Of a stretch of DNA of 62,000 nucleotides, positions 22,330 to 34,300 are shown piece by piece (positions within the stretch are counted from its first letter, which is position 1; the number at the start of each line of letters is the position of its first letter). A program made the translations under genes and the position numbers. The DNA is from Vicugna vicugna. Its lineage: Eukaryota. The notes under the pieces were generated by a model, which saw nothing but the letters and a program-made list of their open reading frames with translations, made no database searches and was not told the DNA's origin. The stretch spans positions 270,477-332,476 of the forward strand of contig MU058769.1 in NCBI GenBank assembly GCA_013265495.1, given 5' to 3'.

Positions 22330-25300
22330 TCAGCCACATGGGCAGGATGCCCTGGGGGAGTGCTGCTGGCCAGTAGTGTTCCCAAGTGCCCACTGTAGGG
22401 AGAATGGGGGTCTTACATTCACCTCAGTGCAGGAAGTTAACTTGTGTAATGTTGAGATGGCTGGGTGTTTGGGGTGGAAGGTTAGCACTGTGTTCTGGAA
22501 GAGAGGATGGTCCAGCCAACCCAGAGGTGTGCTGGTCGGCCTCAGCACTCAAGGTCTCCTTGCCCCAGGCCTGAAAGGTAAAATCTGAGGACAGGGCTCA
22601 GAGCCTTTGAGTTCTGCGAAGACTGGTCTGGCTTCTGGTACTTCTGGCCAGTCTGGGATGGCACTGGCATAGCTGTGCCTCTGAGCAATGCTGATTCTCA
22701 TCGTCTGTGGTTAGGCCTGGGCATTGGGCAGAGAGAGCATTCAAAAGAGGGGAAGAGAAGCAGGCAGGAAAGAAAACAATTGTGAGTGTGGGGAGGTACC
22801 CAGCAGGGGGACTTATGCTGATTGCCCTCCTCTCTCTGCTGTGAACCTCCTTCTCAGGCCCAGTGCCCGAGCCATGGCCCTGCCTCGGACACTGGGGGAG
22901 CTGCAACTGTACCGGGTCCTGCAGCGTGCCAATCTTCTTTCCTACTATGAGACCTTCATCCAGCAGGGAGGGGACGACGTGCAGCAACTGTGTGAGGCGG
23001 GTGAGGAGGAGTTCCTGGAGATCATGGCGCTCGTGGGCATGGCCACCAAGCCCCTCCATGTCCGACGCCTACAGAAGGCACTGAGAGAGTGGGCCACCAA
23101 TCCAGGGCTCTTCAGCCAGCCAGTGCCTGCTGTGCCCGTCTCCAGCATTCCGCTCTTCAAGATCTCTGAGACTGCAGGGACCCGGAAAGGGAGCATGAGC
23201 AATGGGCACGGCAGCCCGGGGGAAAAGGCGGGCAGTGCCCGCAGCTTTAGCCCTAAGAGCCCCCTTGAACTTGGAGAGAAGCTGTCACCACTGCCTGGGG
23301 GACCTGGGGCAGGGGACCCACGGATCTGGCCAGGCCGGAGCACTCCAGAGTCTGATGTTGGGGCAGGAGGAGACGAGGAGGCTGGCTCGCCCCCGTTCTC
23401 CCCACCTGCAGGGGGAGGAGTCCCTGAGGGGACTGGGGCTGGGGGGCTGGCAGCAGCTGGGGCTGGGGGTGGTCAGGATCGACTGGAGCCAGAGATGGTA
23501 CGCATGGTGGTGGAGAGCGTGGAGAGGATCTTCCGGAGCTTCCCAAGGGGGGATGCTGGGGAGGTAACATCCTTGTTGAAGCTGAATAAGAAGCTGGCAC
23601 GGAGTGTGGGGCACATCTTTGAGATGGACGATAATGACAGCCAGAAGGAAGAGGAGATCCGCAAATACAGCATCATCTATGGCCGCTTTGACTCCAAGCG
23701 GCGGGAGGGCAAGCAGCTCAGCCTGCATGAGGTGAGGACCCAGCCTCCCAGGATTGTTCTTGACTCCCAGGCCTTGACCTACTCACCTCTGGGAATGCTC
23801 ACACTCTCCAAGGCTGTTTCATTGCTCCTTGAGCAGGGTTCCAGGCCCTGATCCCCTCCCACACCTCCCAGCTGCTGCAGTGCTTCCCTCCCCGACTGAG
23901 GGGGAAGCAGAGACACAGGCAAGAGCCCAGCTGTCCAGCTCCATGCTGCTCAGGACCCCCCAGGAGTGGAGGAGGCCCCAGGCATTCCTAGGGAGCTGTG
24001 GGCGCTGACCTCTGTCTTCCTCCCCCCAAAAGTGCCTGTGTGGTGTCTAAACCCAAGCAAGCATCTCACGATGGGCCTCGTTTGTCTGGTGGTGAAGGGG
24101 AGTGTGGCGGTCTGGGTGAGGCGGTAGGTGAGGTGGGGTTCTCACTGCTCTGGCGGCCCCCTCTGCAGCTGACCATCAACGAGGCTGCTGCCCAGTTCTG
24201 CATGAGGGACAACACGCTCCTGCTGCGTAGGGTGGAGCTCTTCTCCCTGTCTCGTCAAGTAGCCAGAGAGAGCACCTACCTGTCCTCATTGAAGGGCTCC
24301 AGGTGAGACCTCCTTCTTCAGGTCCTTTCTAGATCAGAATCCTACCAAGGAGCTGGGTCACATCTTACTCTCCAGTTCAGGTGCCGCTAGGCCAGCTTCC
24401 CACCCGCCTGCATGTCCTGCCTTTGTCTGAGGCCTGGCCCCCTCCTCCCGCCCATCTCAGGTTTCCTCTGCCCCCCACGACAGTAGTGCCCGAGCTGGAG
24501 ACTCCTGCTTAGCCAGTGTCTTTCCAGAGTCTTGAAATGATACGTGTTCTCCGCCAGATTCTGTGTCTTAGCCACCATGTGTCCCTCCCCAGCCTCACCC
24601 TCCTATTCCTCTCCATCTTTGCAGGCTTCACCCTGAAGAACTGGGAGGGCCCCCACTGAAGAAGCTGAAACAGGAGGTAGGTTTTCCAGGATGTATATGG
24701 CGGGGTTAGGGCAGCCTTCCCCGACCCCCTCCCTTGCCAGGTCCTCACTTCCCCATTTGGGGCATCCACAGGTCGGAGAACAAAGTCACTCTGAAATCCA
24801 GCAGCCTCCCCCGGGCCCTGAGTCCTATGCACCCCCATACCGCCCCAGCTTGGAGGAAGACAACGCCAGCTTGTCTGGGGAGAGCCTGGATGGACACTTG
24901 CAGGGTAAGTGTGCACAGAACACTCCTCTTTTCATTGCGGGCGTGGAAGGTGTGGGAGGAGGGAGCCAGGAGGCACCTGCCTGGAATAGGGTTGGGAGGC
25001 CTGGCTGGATGGGGGCAAAAGAGAATGGGCCTTTGGGTCTGGCTGTGCGGTTGAGGGAGGGGGTTCCATTGACTGTAGTCCCTTACCTGACCCGTGCCCA
25101 TGCCCACAGCGGTGGGGTCATGCCCAAGGCTGACGCCGCCCCCTGCTGACCTGCCTCTGGCATTGCCAGCCCATGGGCTGTGGAGCCGCCACATCCTGCA
25201 GCAGACACTGATGGATGAGGGGCTGCGGCTAGCCCGCCTCGTCTCCCATGACCGCGTGGGCCGCCTCAGCCCCTGTGTGCCTGCGAAGCCGCCTCTCGCA

Positions 25301-26345
25301 GGTGAGGCAGCCAGCAGTGCTGTCCCCAAGGACCCCTGCCACCCAGGCCCCATGCAGCAATCCTGGTGTCCTGGGGCCAGGTGGGAGGAAGAGGGATGCG
25401 GTCACTAGAGAGGGCAGTAGGATGGTGGGGCTCCAGCCAACCAGGCCTTGGGTTGAGGAGAGGAGGACCCTGCAGGGCTGTTCCCACTGGGGAGGGTCTG
25501 ACCCTAATGGAGATCTGTAAAGGGGGCTCTGAGGGGATCGGGGCAGGGGCACAGAGGGTGCAGGGCGAAGGGGAACACGAAGGACAGCTTGAATAGAACT
25601 TCCAGCAAAGCAGGAGTGTGGAGCAGGCTAGGAGTTGAGGTGGGGCTGCCAGCTTGGAATTGGAGGAGCCCAAAGGGGGATGTTTTGTGTGTGGATGGGG
25701 GAAGGGGGAGGAGGCAAGTCGGCCTGCAGAGGGCCGGGCAGCGGCTGGGCTGAGAGTGACGCACCAGACAAAGCCACCAACCCTGGCTTGGTATTTTTAA
25801 ACTGTGCGTGGGTGGGGAGTGGGNNNNNNNNNNNNNNNNNNNNNNNNNNNNNNNNNNNNNNNNNNNNNNNNNNNNNNAGGGTGGGTGGGGCCTGGGAGGG
25901 GGCCAGGGAGGAGTGGGGGTGGTAGAGCCTGCGGAGGGGGAGGGGGAGAGGTCAGAGCCAAGCCGCCCCCACAGCTCCTGACTGAACCAGAAATTCCAGC
26001 AGAACGGAGGCGGGAGAGACAGAGAGAGACACATACAGAGAGCTCCACACAGCCAGAAAGGGGAGGGGGCGCACACACTTCGGATGGAACCCCTCTGTAC
26101 ACGAGGTGGGCAGGAAGCAGTAATTCAATAAATCAAGCTCATCTTCGCAGCCTTATTACCCCTGCCACTGTTGCCAACCACCTCCCTCTGCAGTGTCCAC
26201 CCCACAGCCTCCTAACCTGCGCCTTCTCCCTGCAGAGTTCGAGGAAGGGCTGCTGGACCGGTGCCCTGCCCCAGGACCCCATCCCGCTCTGGTGGAAGGC
26301 CGAAGGAGCAGCGTGAAAGTGGAGGCTGAGGCCAGCCGGCAGTGA
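21266..26345 (+). CDS. NAB2: NGFI-A binding protein 2 (EGR corepressor), complete spliced CDS: join(21266-21348,22858-23731,24169-24302,24625-24676,24772-24904,25110-25301,26236-26345); 1578 nt, 525 aa
   Basis: GT-AG introns and a continuous [16 protein letters not shown]...[13 protein letters not shown]1 ([20 protein letters not shown]) and NCD2 ([15 protein letters not shown]) recognised. Confidence 0.98.
22287..22326. repeat. (AC)20 microsatellite in NAB2 intron 1
   Basis: Direct reading. Confidence 0.95.
22858..23731 (+). CDS. NAB2: NAB2 exon 2 (874 nt; NCD1 and most of NCD2)
   Basis: ctcag/GTGAGG boundaries; [14 protein letters not shown]...KQLSLHE. Confidence 0.97.
24169..24302 (+). 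CDS. NAB2: NAB2 exon 3 (134 nt)
   Basis: tgcag/[51 protein letters not shown]. Confidence 0.96.
24625..24676 (+). CDS. NAB2: NAB2 exon 4 (52 nt)
   Basis: tgcag/[23 protein letters not shown]. Confidence 0.95.
24772..24904 (+). CDS. NAB2: NAB2 exon 5 (133 nt)
   Basis: cacag/[50 protein letters not shown]. Confidence 0.95.
25110..25301 (+). CDS. NAB2: NAB2 exon 6 (192 nt, symmetric phase 1-1)
   Basis: cacag/[49 protein letters not shown]...PPLA. Confidence 0.96.
25824..25877. other. Assembly gap (54 N) in G-rich NAB2 intron 6
   Basis: Run of n flanked by G-tracts. Confidence 0.99.
26236..26345 (+). CDS. NAB2: NAB2 exon 7 coding part; stop TGA at 26343-26345
   Basis: tgcag acceptor; [35 protein letters not shown]. 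Confidence 0.96.
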
Positions 26346-27070
26346 GGGGCAGACCGGTGTCTTGAGACCCAGGGCCCTGGGCTTCTGGCTCACACAGACC
26401 CCTACCCTCTCAGTCCCTGGCATCGAGTCACAACCCTGGATCCTTCCGCGGCCCTTCTCCTGCCTCCCTACCTGCTCCATGGGCGTAGAACTATGGGGCT
26501 TCAAGCAATAACGAGCAGGGGCCTGGCGAGAGGACACAAGGAGGGTGCATGGTGCCCCCTCACCCTCGCCGAGAACAGCGCGGCAGGGACTCTGCCTCCA
26601 GGACACTTGGGGTTCTCCCCTCCCTTACACAACATACTCCTATCCTCTCTAGTTTGAACCAGTGGTGTGAGCAGTTGGACTCAGTTTGAACATGGGGGAG
26701 AGGGGGACTTCCCTGGGAGGGTCCAGCAGCTAAAAATGGAAATGTTTCCCCATAAAACTGGGGGCCTGGGAACACTGGACCTGCTCCTCCCCTCTGCTCC
26801 CCCATTTCTGTGCTTCTAGTTTGTTTCTTTAATTTAACAAGTGCTGCAGTTTGCCCATCCATCCAAGTCCTCTTTCCCCCAAGTCCTCAGCAGTTCTTTC
26901 CCCCCTGCCCTCTCTGGGGGGGTGGGGTCCCCCTCACTGGCTTCCTCAGGAGGCCTGGGTGGACTCAGGGTCTCCCTCAGCTGGGGGCTAGACTGCAGCA
27001 CCTGTCTGAGCAGTTAGAGCGTCTTTCTTTTCAGATCGTGTACAGTAGATTATTTATTTTGTTATTTTGG

Positions 27071-27076
27071 AATAAA
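27071..27076 (+). terminator. NAB2 polyadenylation signal AATAAA
   Basis: Canonical hexamer about 725 nt after the NAB2 stop, in a U-rich context. Confidence 0.85.
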
Positions 27077-27077
27077 A

Positions 27078-27083
27078 TTTATT
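27078..27083 (-). terminator. STAT6 polyadenylation signal AATAAA (second candidate at 27053-27058)
   Basis: TTTATT on the + strand about 1.1 kb beyond the STAT6 stop. Confidence 0.75.
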
Positions 27084-28188
27084 TTATGGCTTAGGATCTA
27101 TGACCCCGAAGATGGAGAGAGGGTGGCATGGGGCAGGGGAGTGCAAGGAAGCTGGCAGTGGATGGAGGAATAGAAAAGAAGCAGTGGGTGGGGCCCCCAG
27201 TGCCCAGAGAGGACCACACACCTGGGCCTGGGCCCCAGACTCTGGGCAGAATTGGTGGTGTTGAGCCACCAAAGCTATAGCCATACGCAGATGTCACAGC
27301 CACATAGACCCACCTGGGCATGTACTCAGAGCTGAGTACTTGTGGGGTAGCATATGTAGAGAGACCAGCATACTTGCTGGTGACTTTTGTGCAGTGTCTC
27401 ACACTTCCAAACTTGTCATACAGGCAAAATCAGAGAGGCACATTTTCTATGTGGCCATACAACTACCATGTGTGACATTATGTATTAAGTCTCAGGTACA
27501 CACACTTGCACACAGCTATACACAAAGAAATTCAGCCCTTGTACTTGTGCACAATCTCATACACATAACCAGAAGCCTCTATCTGACTGGCAAGAATTTG
27601 GAGTTGTTTGGGATTTGTGTTTTAATTTGAGCAAAACCCACATCAGTAACCAAATGTATAGACCACCACGCAGGAGGAGTTTAGGTCTCCTGAACTGCCT
27701 TCCCATCCCCCCAGGGCTGCGACTCAAGCCCACACCATCATCCCCAGTCTCTGGTACAAGAGTGTGCATGTGTCTGCGTGTTTCTACATGTGCATCCTGA
27801 GCCCTGGCTCCGGGTGGGTGGAGAAGTCCTCTGTGCCCTCACCAGTGCTCTTGCCCAGCCCCCTTCCTGCTCAGCCTCACCTTCCAAGGAGAGCTATGTG
27901 TGTGTTCTGCATGTGCAGGCATGTTGGGGTGTGTCTCACTTGGAACCTGAATTTCCCTTCCAGTATTTGGAAGTGAGAGGGCAGGGGTGTGTGGTGGGAG
28001 GGAAAGAGTAGATACGTTCCACCCACTGCACATTCTCCTGGCAAAGTCTTTTCCCCCTCACCAGGGAGTAGGTGGGGATAGGAGGACATCCTCCCCATCG
28101 GCTGCTTGGCAGGAGCTTGGGCAGGTGTCCAGAGCAGGTCCAACGGGGGCAGAAGAGCTCTCTCTCTGGGCTCCCCCTCCAGCTGGGA

Positions 28189-28375
28189 TCACCAACTGGG
28201 GTTAGCCCTTAGGTCCATGTGGGACATTGAGATCCCAGACTGCCCATAGTGAGAGGGCTGCAGAAGGGGCTGGGCTCCCAAGGACCCTCCCCCTGACTCG
28301 CCTTGCCCCTGCAAGAGCTTAGTGAGGTCCTGTTCAGTGGGAGGCAGCAAAGGTGGGTACATGTCTTCACCGACC
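28189..28375 (-). CDS. STAT6: STAT6 exon 22 coding part (LxxLL motif, stop TGA)
   Basis: [30 protein letters not shown]...DLRANPSW*. Confidence 0.96.
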
Positions 28376-31300
28376 CTGCAGGGAGGAAGAGGGGAAGCAG
28401 TTGGGACAGGCACCCACTCCTCAGCCCCTACCCAGCCTCACCCCCAGGCCACCACTCACCAGGTGCTTTGGGGGAACCCTCCCACAGGCTGGCTCAGGCA
28501 GCTCTCTTCTGCCATGGTCACATCTGAGCAGAGCAGGGGCTCAGGGCTGGAGACGGGATGCTCCTGAGGCTGGCACGGCAGCAGGCCCCTGCCAGGCCCA
28601 GAAAAGTAAATAAGGTGGGGGAGGGAGGAGGCTAGGAATGAATGGGGAGCATGGGATCAGGACAGGGGGTTGCCACTCACTGTGGGTGAGGTTGGTCAAA
28701 GGGCAGGCTCATCTGGCTCAGGTTGGGGGGCATCTGCAGGTGAGGTCTGGAAGCACAAAGGAGGGCAGTCAGAGAAAGGAAGGTTGGGCAAGGGTAACAT
28801 GTGACAAAGTCAAGACCACTGAGTGAGGAAACAGAATTTCCAGCTCCTCATCCTGACTGCATAGCCTTGGGCGAGCCATTTCTACCTGTAATGATGTGTA
28901 TGCCCTGGGGACTGGGGGTAGTGGACAGAGAAGGTCTAGATTAGTTAATTTCCAATGTTTTTTTGAACTCTGAAATTTGGTGGTTCTAAGTCCCCCAGTC
29001 CCCACCCCTATGTCAATTCCTAGGAGGGGAGATGTTGCACCTTGACCGAGAGTTAATAAGCACCTGAGTGCTACGTAGGGAACAAAACTGTCTATGCCAC
29101 TTCAGGGCCAAAACAATTAATAAATGAAATCAAGACAGCAGACAAATGACAGTAGATTTCAGGGGCAGGAGAGGTAATAATACTACATAGCTCTTGCTGT
29201 GAGCCAGGTACTACGCTTACTTTGCACATATTATGAGCTCAGTTAACCTTCACAGTCACCCTGGGAGGAAGGTATTAGAATGATCATCATTGTTATTCCC
29301 CATTTTACAGATGAGGCATCAGAGTTAAGTAACTTGCTCAAAGTCAGCAAGTGGTGAATCTGGAATTTGAACCTTGACCTTAGTCACTAATGCCCCAATG
29401 GAGTGGACATAGTGACAAAGGTGTTGGTTTTTTGCCTCCCTTTCCTCACAGAAGAGCCTCTCCTGACAAATCCAAGTGCCCGTTCCCCTTGCAGGTGGGT
29501 ATCCTGTCCCATCCCCCAGAGATGCCCCACTTACTCCGGGAAGGCTGGCAACACACTGACGGGTTCTTCCCGGGAGAGGGCTGGATATGAGGGGATGGGG
29601 TGAGAGTGTGGTGGGTACACCTGGGGCCTGGGGAAAGAAAGCAGACCCCTGATGCCAGCCCTTCTCCTGGACACCCCCACTCCCTGCCTCCAGATAGCGA
29701 ATCCCGTTCAAGGAAAGGGAAGTTCTCTGCTTCAGCCCCCAGTGCCAGCTCTCCCAGTTGCCCGTGCTAAAGCCCGTCTACACAGCCCACTCCATTCCCA
29801 TCTCTTAGGCTTCTTACACCATGTCTGGGCCGAGCTGCATGCTCATGGAGGAGTCAGGGGCCATTCCAAGATCGTAGCTGGGGACTATAGTAGGCATTTG
29901 GGGCTCTGGGGTGGGAAGTGGCTGGTCCCTGGAGGAGGGAAGAAGGCACCTGTGACTGACCAGAAGTTGATGCCATCACCTCTTCCTGCAAGTAAGTCCC
30001 AGGCCCCACCCACCATCCACATCAGCCCACTCACCTTTCCACAGTCATCTTGATCGTAGCTGGGACATAACCCCTGCCATCCTTACCCATCTGCTCAGCT
30101 GTTGTGGGGAGGAAAGGAGAGCCATGGAATGCTTCAGGGTTAGGCAAGAAGGATGGTGGAAAAGGTGGGCATGGCTGATAGGTAGATAGAAGAAGTCGGG
30201 TGACAAAAATGGAGAGAGAAGTCAGGGATAACACACAGTGGGCAGAGAGGGGGCAGCTGGGAGCAGGAGGGAGGTGGACTACAGGAAGGGGTCAGAACTG
30301 CCAGCTCCAGCTCACGCTTGTAGTGGCTCCGGAAAGCCTCGTCCTTGGGTTTCTTGGGGTAGAGGTTCTTGAGCTGAGCAAGGTCCCGGATCCGGTCCCC
30401 CAGCGAGCGAATGGACAGGTCTTTGGCAGAGAACGGCTGAATGTTCTCTATCTGTGGGGAGCCTACAATGGGAATGAGACCCTGAGTCCCCTCTGTCCAG
30501 ACTTTCTTCCCCTTCCCCACCCTCCCTCCAGCACTGGACTCATTCTCAATCTAGGAGAGGAGCTAGGGTGGGAGTCCTGAGGGAGAGAGAGCCACCAGTC
30601 TCCACTCCCCCAGAGATCACAGTGGGAAGGTAAACATTTAGACCACAGGAGGAAGAATAGAAGACGCTGGACCTAAGGAAGAACTTCCTGAAGGTCAGGG
30701 TTGGTTTCAAGGAGGGCCAGGAGGTTTCCTTCCTGGGAGAAACCCCAGAGGGCACAGGCACAGAGGCAGAGGACCGGCTAGCGTGGCCTCACCATCCTGG
30801 CCCCGGATGACGTGGGCAATGGTGATGCCTCCAATCTCTGAGTCACTGAAGCGAAGAAGAAAGGTTCCGTCAGGCTCGTTGAGAAGAAGGCTAGTGACGT
30901 ACTGTTTGCTGATGAAGCCAATGATCAACCTGGCCAGGATAAGAGAGACGATGTGGGTAGGGGCACAGGGTATGAAACGGGAGCTGGAGGTACAGCTGCT
31001 CAGGCCACTTGGGGCAGGGACTTACCGATCTGACCAGTAGCTCCGGAGACAGCGTTTGGTGAGGTCCAGGACACCATCGAACCACTGCCAAAAGGTGAAG
31101 CCACGACCCAACAGGATCTCCTGTGGGGGGAGGGGAAGCTGGTGTGTGCACGGGAGGGCCAGAGCGGGAGCCTGGTTGGGGCAGGCTCTGAGCTGTGAGT
31201 GCCCACCCGACAGAGTCACAGGGCTGAGGAATCACCCGGAGCCGAGACCCCATTGATGACAATGGTCAACCTTACCATGTGCCAGGCACGTTCCAAGCCC

Positions 31301-34300
31301 TTTCCATAAATTAATGTACCTGAATTTTACAAGCCTGTGGAATAGTCCTATGACTATCCCATCTTACAGACGGAGAAATGGACGCCTAGAAAGGCCGAAT
31401 AACTTGCCCAGATCCACACAGCTGGTGAGAAGCAGAGCTGGGATTTAGCCCAGGAAGTCACAACCACCGTGCTCCACCCCTCCTGAGTGAGGCTGGCGGA
31501 AGTGGCGTCCAGAGAAGGCAGCTTGTGGGGTGTGAGTGTCCTGGTCCCCTTGCTAACACATCCTCTGGTCATGTGGGTTTTTCTTTCTTCCTTTTTTTCT
31601 AAGAGATCAGTACATGACTGCATTTACCCAGCTGGTTGTCAACCAGACCTCCTCTTTCCCCTTTTCTTGTAACAGACTTAGTCCTGACCCGTCTTATTTT
31701 GGAGGCAGTAAAATGTAGTAGCTAAGAGCAAGAGTCAGAAATATGGGGTTCCAAGAGGGGAGGGTGTAGCTCAGAGGTAGAGTGCATGCTTAGCATGCAC
31801 GAGGTCCTGGGTTCAATCCCCAGTATATCCATTAAATAAATAAATATACCTAATTACCTGCCTCCCCACCTAAAAAAAAAGAAGAAGAAGAAGGAGAAGG
31901 AGAAAGAAATATAGAGGGTTCCATTCTAGCCTTGCCACTCACTTGCTGGGAGGCCTTGCTCAAACTACTTAATCCCTCTGAGAATCAAGTTCCTCCTCTG
32001 TAAAATGGGGGTCCTAATAGCACCTACCACAAAGGGATGTTGGGAGGATTAAATGAGACAACATGAGCGAAGCGCTAAAGCACAGTGCCTCGCATATAGT
32101 AAGCTGTCAACACATGGTAGCTGGTATCACTGCATATGTCCTTGTGGGATTTAGTCCCGGTTTTTGCAATAGGAACTATCTTCCCAAAGGGTCAAAGTCA
32201 TTTTGAATCAGAGCTGTATTTACACACAATCTGGGTGAGTCATGCAAATCACTGCCAAACACAGAGGACAGAAGGCCCCCAGACCACAACCTGGCGGATG
32301 CCAGAGAGCTGAGGGGTTTTCCTGCCTGGGGCGTGACAGAGACCATCCTGCAGGGCGGGGTAGGACATTGGGGAAGATCCCAGCGGTTGGTCTCTGGGCA
32401 GGGGTTGGCGAGGTCCTGAGTACCCAGGGATGAAGGGCATGGGGGTGGGAGGTCCGAAGGGCAGGGGCATGACCTTGTTGAACTGTGACCAGGACACAGA
32501 GCGGTGCTGGAAGGCCTCCATGCTGAGGCTGTTGTCGTTGAAGATCTTCTGGGCCAGGAAGAGGAAGTGCTCTGGGAGTAACCCCCGGTTGGTCCCCACT
32601 TCAGCCATGAACTTGAGGTTCAGAGTTTCACACATCTTCTCCCAGGGCACCCGCTCAGCCACCACAAAGGGCACACGGTCCTGGGGGGAGGGGAGAAGGA
32701 AAGGGCGCCTCAGGCTGACATCCCCGTTCCCCCTCAGGGGCCCCTTCATCCTTCCCACCTCCCCAAGGCTGCCCCTCCCCAGCCTTGTCCCCCTGAGCTT
32801 GCTGACGAAGGTGGTGCTTTTCCAGCAGCAGTTTAGGGAGCTACAGCATGATAGTTGCTAGGACTGGTGTGAAAAGAGGTCAGAAGGACTAAAGGAAGCC
32901 TACGAGAAGGAATTACATTCACTCCCATTTGAACGTGGATGCCACTCGACCAGCCTGCGTCCCACCCCCCATGTTGGAGCCCCTTCCACCCAACTCCATG
33001 TCTTTCCTCACCATCTCAGAGAAGGCATTGTCCCACAGGATAGTGGCTTTGGCATTGTTGTCTTGGTTGCCATGGACGATGACCACCAGGGGCAGAGACA
33101 GGGCCTGAAAGGAGTGAGGAAAGGGGGTTCTTCTTACTGGGGCAAGAGGCTTCTGCAGAGAGCTGGCCCTGAGCGTGCAGAGAAGCTATAGCGTGTGAGA
33201 AGCCCCCACAACACAGATAAGAGCCCATGGGGTATCAGGGAATGCTTTCTGAAGCTCAGTTAGGGCCTTACAGTAGAGAAGTGGTTATAAGTCAGTGCTA
33301 TGGAGCCAGACCTCCAGGTTTCAAATGCCAGTTCCAACAACTTAGTAGCTGTGTGACGTGGGCAAATTACTCAATTTCTCTGTGTCTCAATGTCCTCATC
33401 TGTGAAATGAGACTAGTAAAAATATCTACCTCATAATGTTATTGTGGAAACTGTGTGTGTGTGTGTGTGACTTAAAACAGTGCCTGGTCTATGAAAAATG
33501 TGTAGTTAAGTGCCAGTTGCTCCTCCACCGTCAGTCCCTGGCATGTGTCCTCCAGTCCACTCACCTGGGCCCCAGTGCGCACAAATTTCAGACACCCAGG
33601 GCCTGGCAGTCGTGAGGAGGGAGGATCCAGGGCCCCAGGGTGTGGCAAGGAGGGGCACCCGGGATCCCACCCTGCACAGGGCTGGGGCCTCGGTTCACCT
33701 GGAGCTGGATGGGGAGTTTGCTGGGGCCGAGCGCGAAGCTGGTGGAGAAGAGCACAGCACACTTCTCCTCGGTGACAGACTCGGTGCCCTTCCGCTCACA
33801 CCGCTTGATTTTCTTTAGAAGCTGCCAGTGGGGTGAGGGAGAAGGGGGTGAGGGCAGAGACTGCTTCTCCTGGGCTCCCAACATCCTCTCCGAGGAGAGG
33901 CCCTGGGCCCAGGACCCCGCCCACCGCTCCCGGGAGCTCTCACCAGGTTCTTGAACAGGGCAGAGCAGCAGTTCCCCGGGACGCTGTTCTCCAGGGGCAC
34001 GGTGTTGTTGATGATCTCCCCGGTGCTCTCTCTGCTGGGGCAAGACGGGCGGACGGTGGCTCATCCCAGCTGGGCCGGGGTGACAGAAGCCTGCGTCCCC
34101 GGGTGGATAGCACGGACTACCAGCCCCGATCTCTGCCTCTCCACTTTTTAGGAGGGGACACCCCATCTTAGCCAAATTGTGATGCTCCCACCCCCATTCC
34201 AGCACTGACGGGTCCCTCCCCTTCCTCTGCCCTAACCAGTCCTGGTTCCCACCACCCATGGTGCCCCCTCCCCATCATTCTGCTCCTCGTGGTGCCAGTT

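Noticed and set aside
29620..29629. Second AG 7 nt inside the STAT6 exon 19 acceptor
   Set aside because: Out of frame; the upstream AG has the pyrimidine tract and restores the expected protein.
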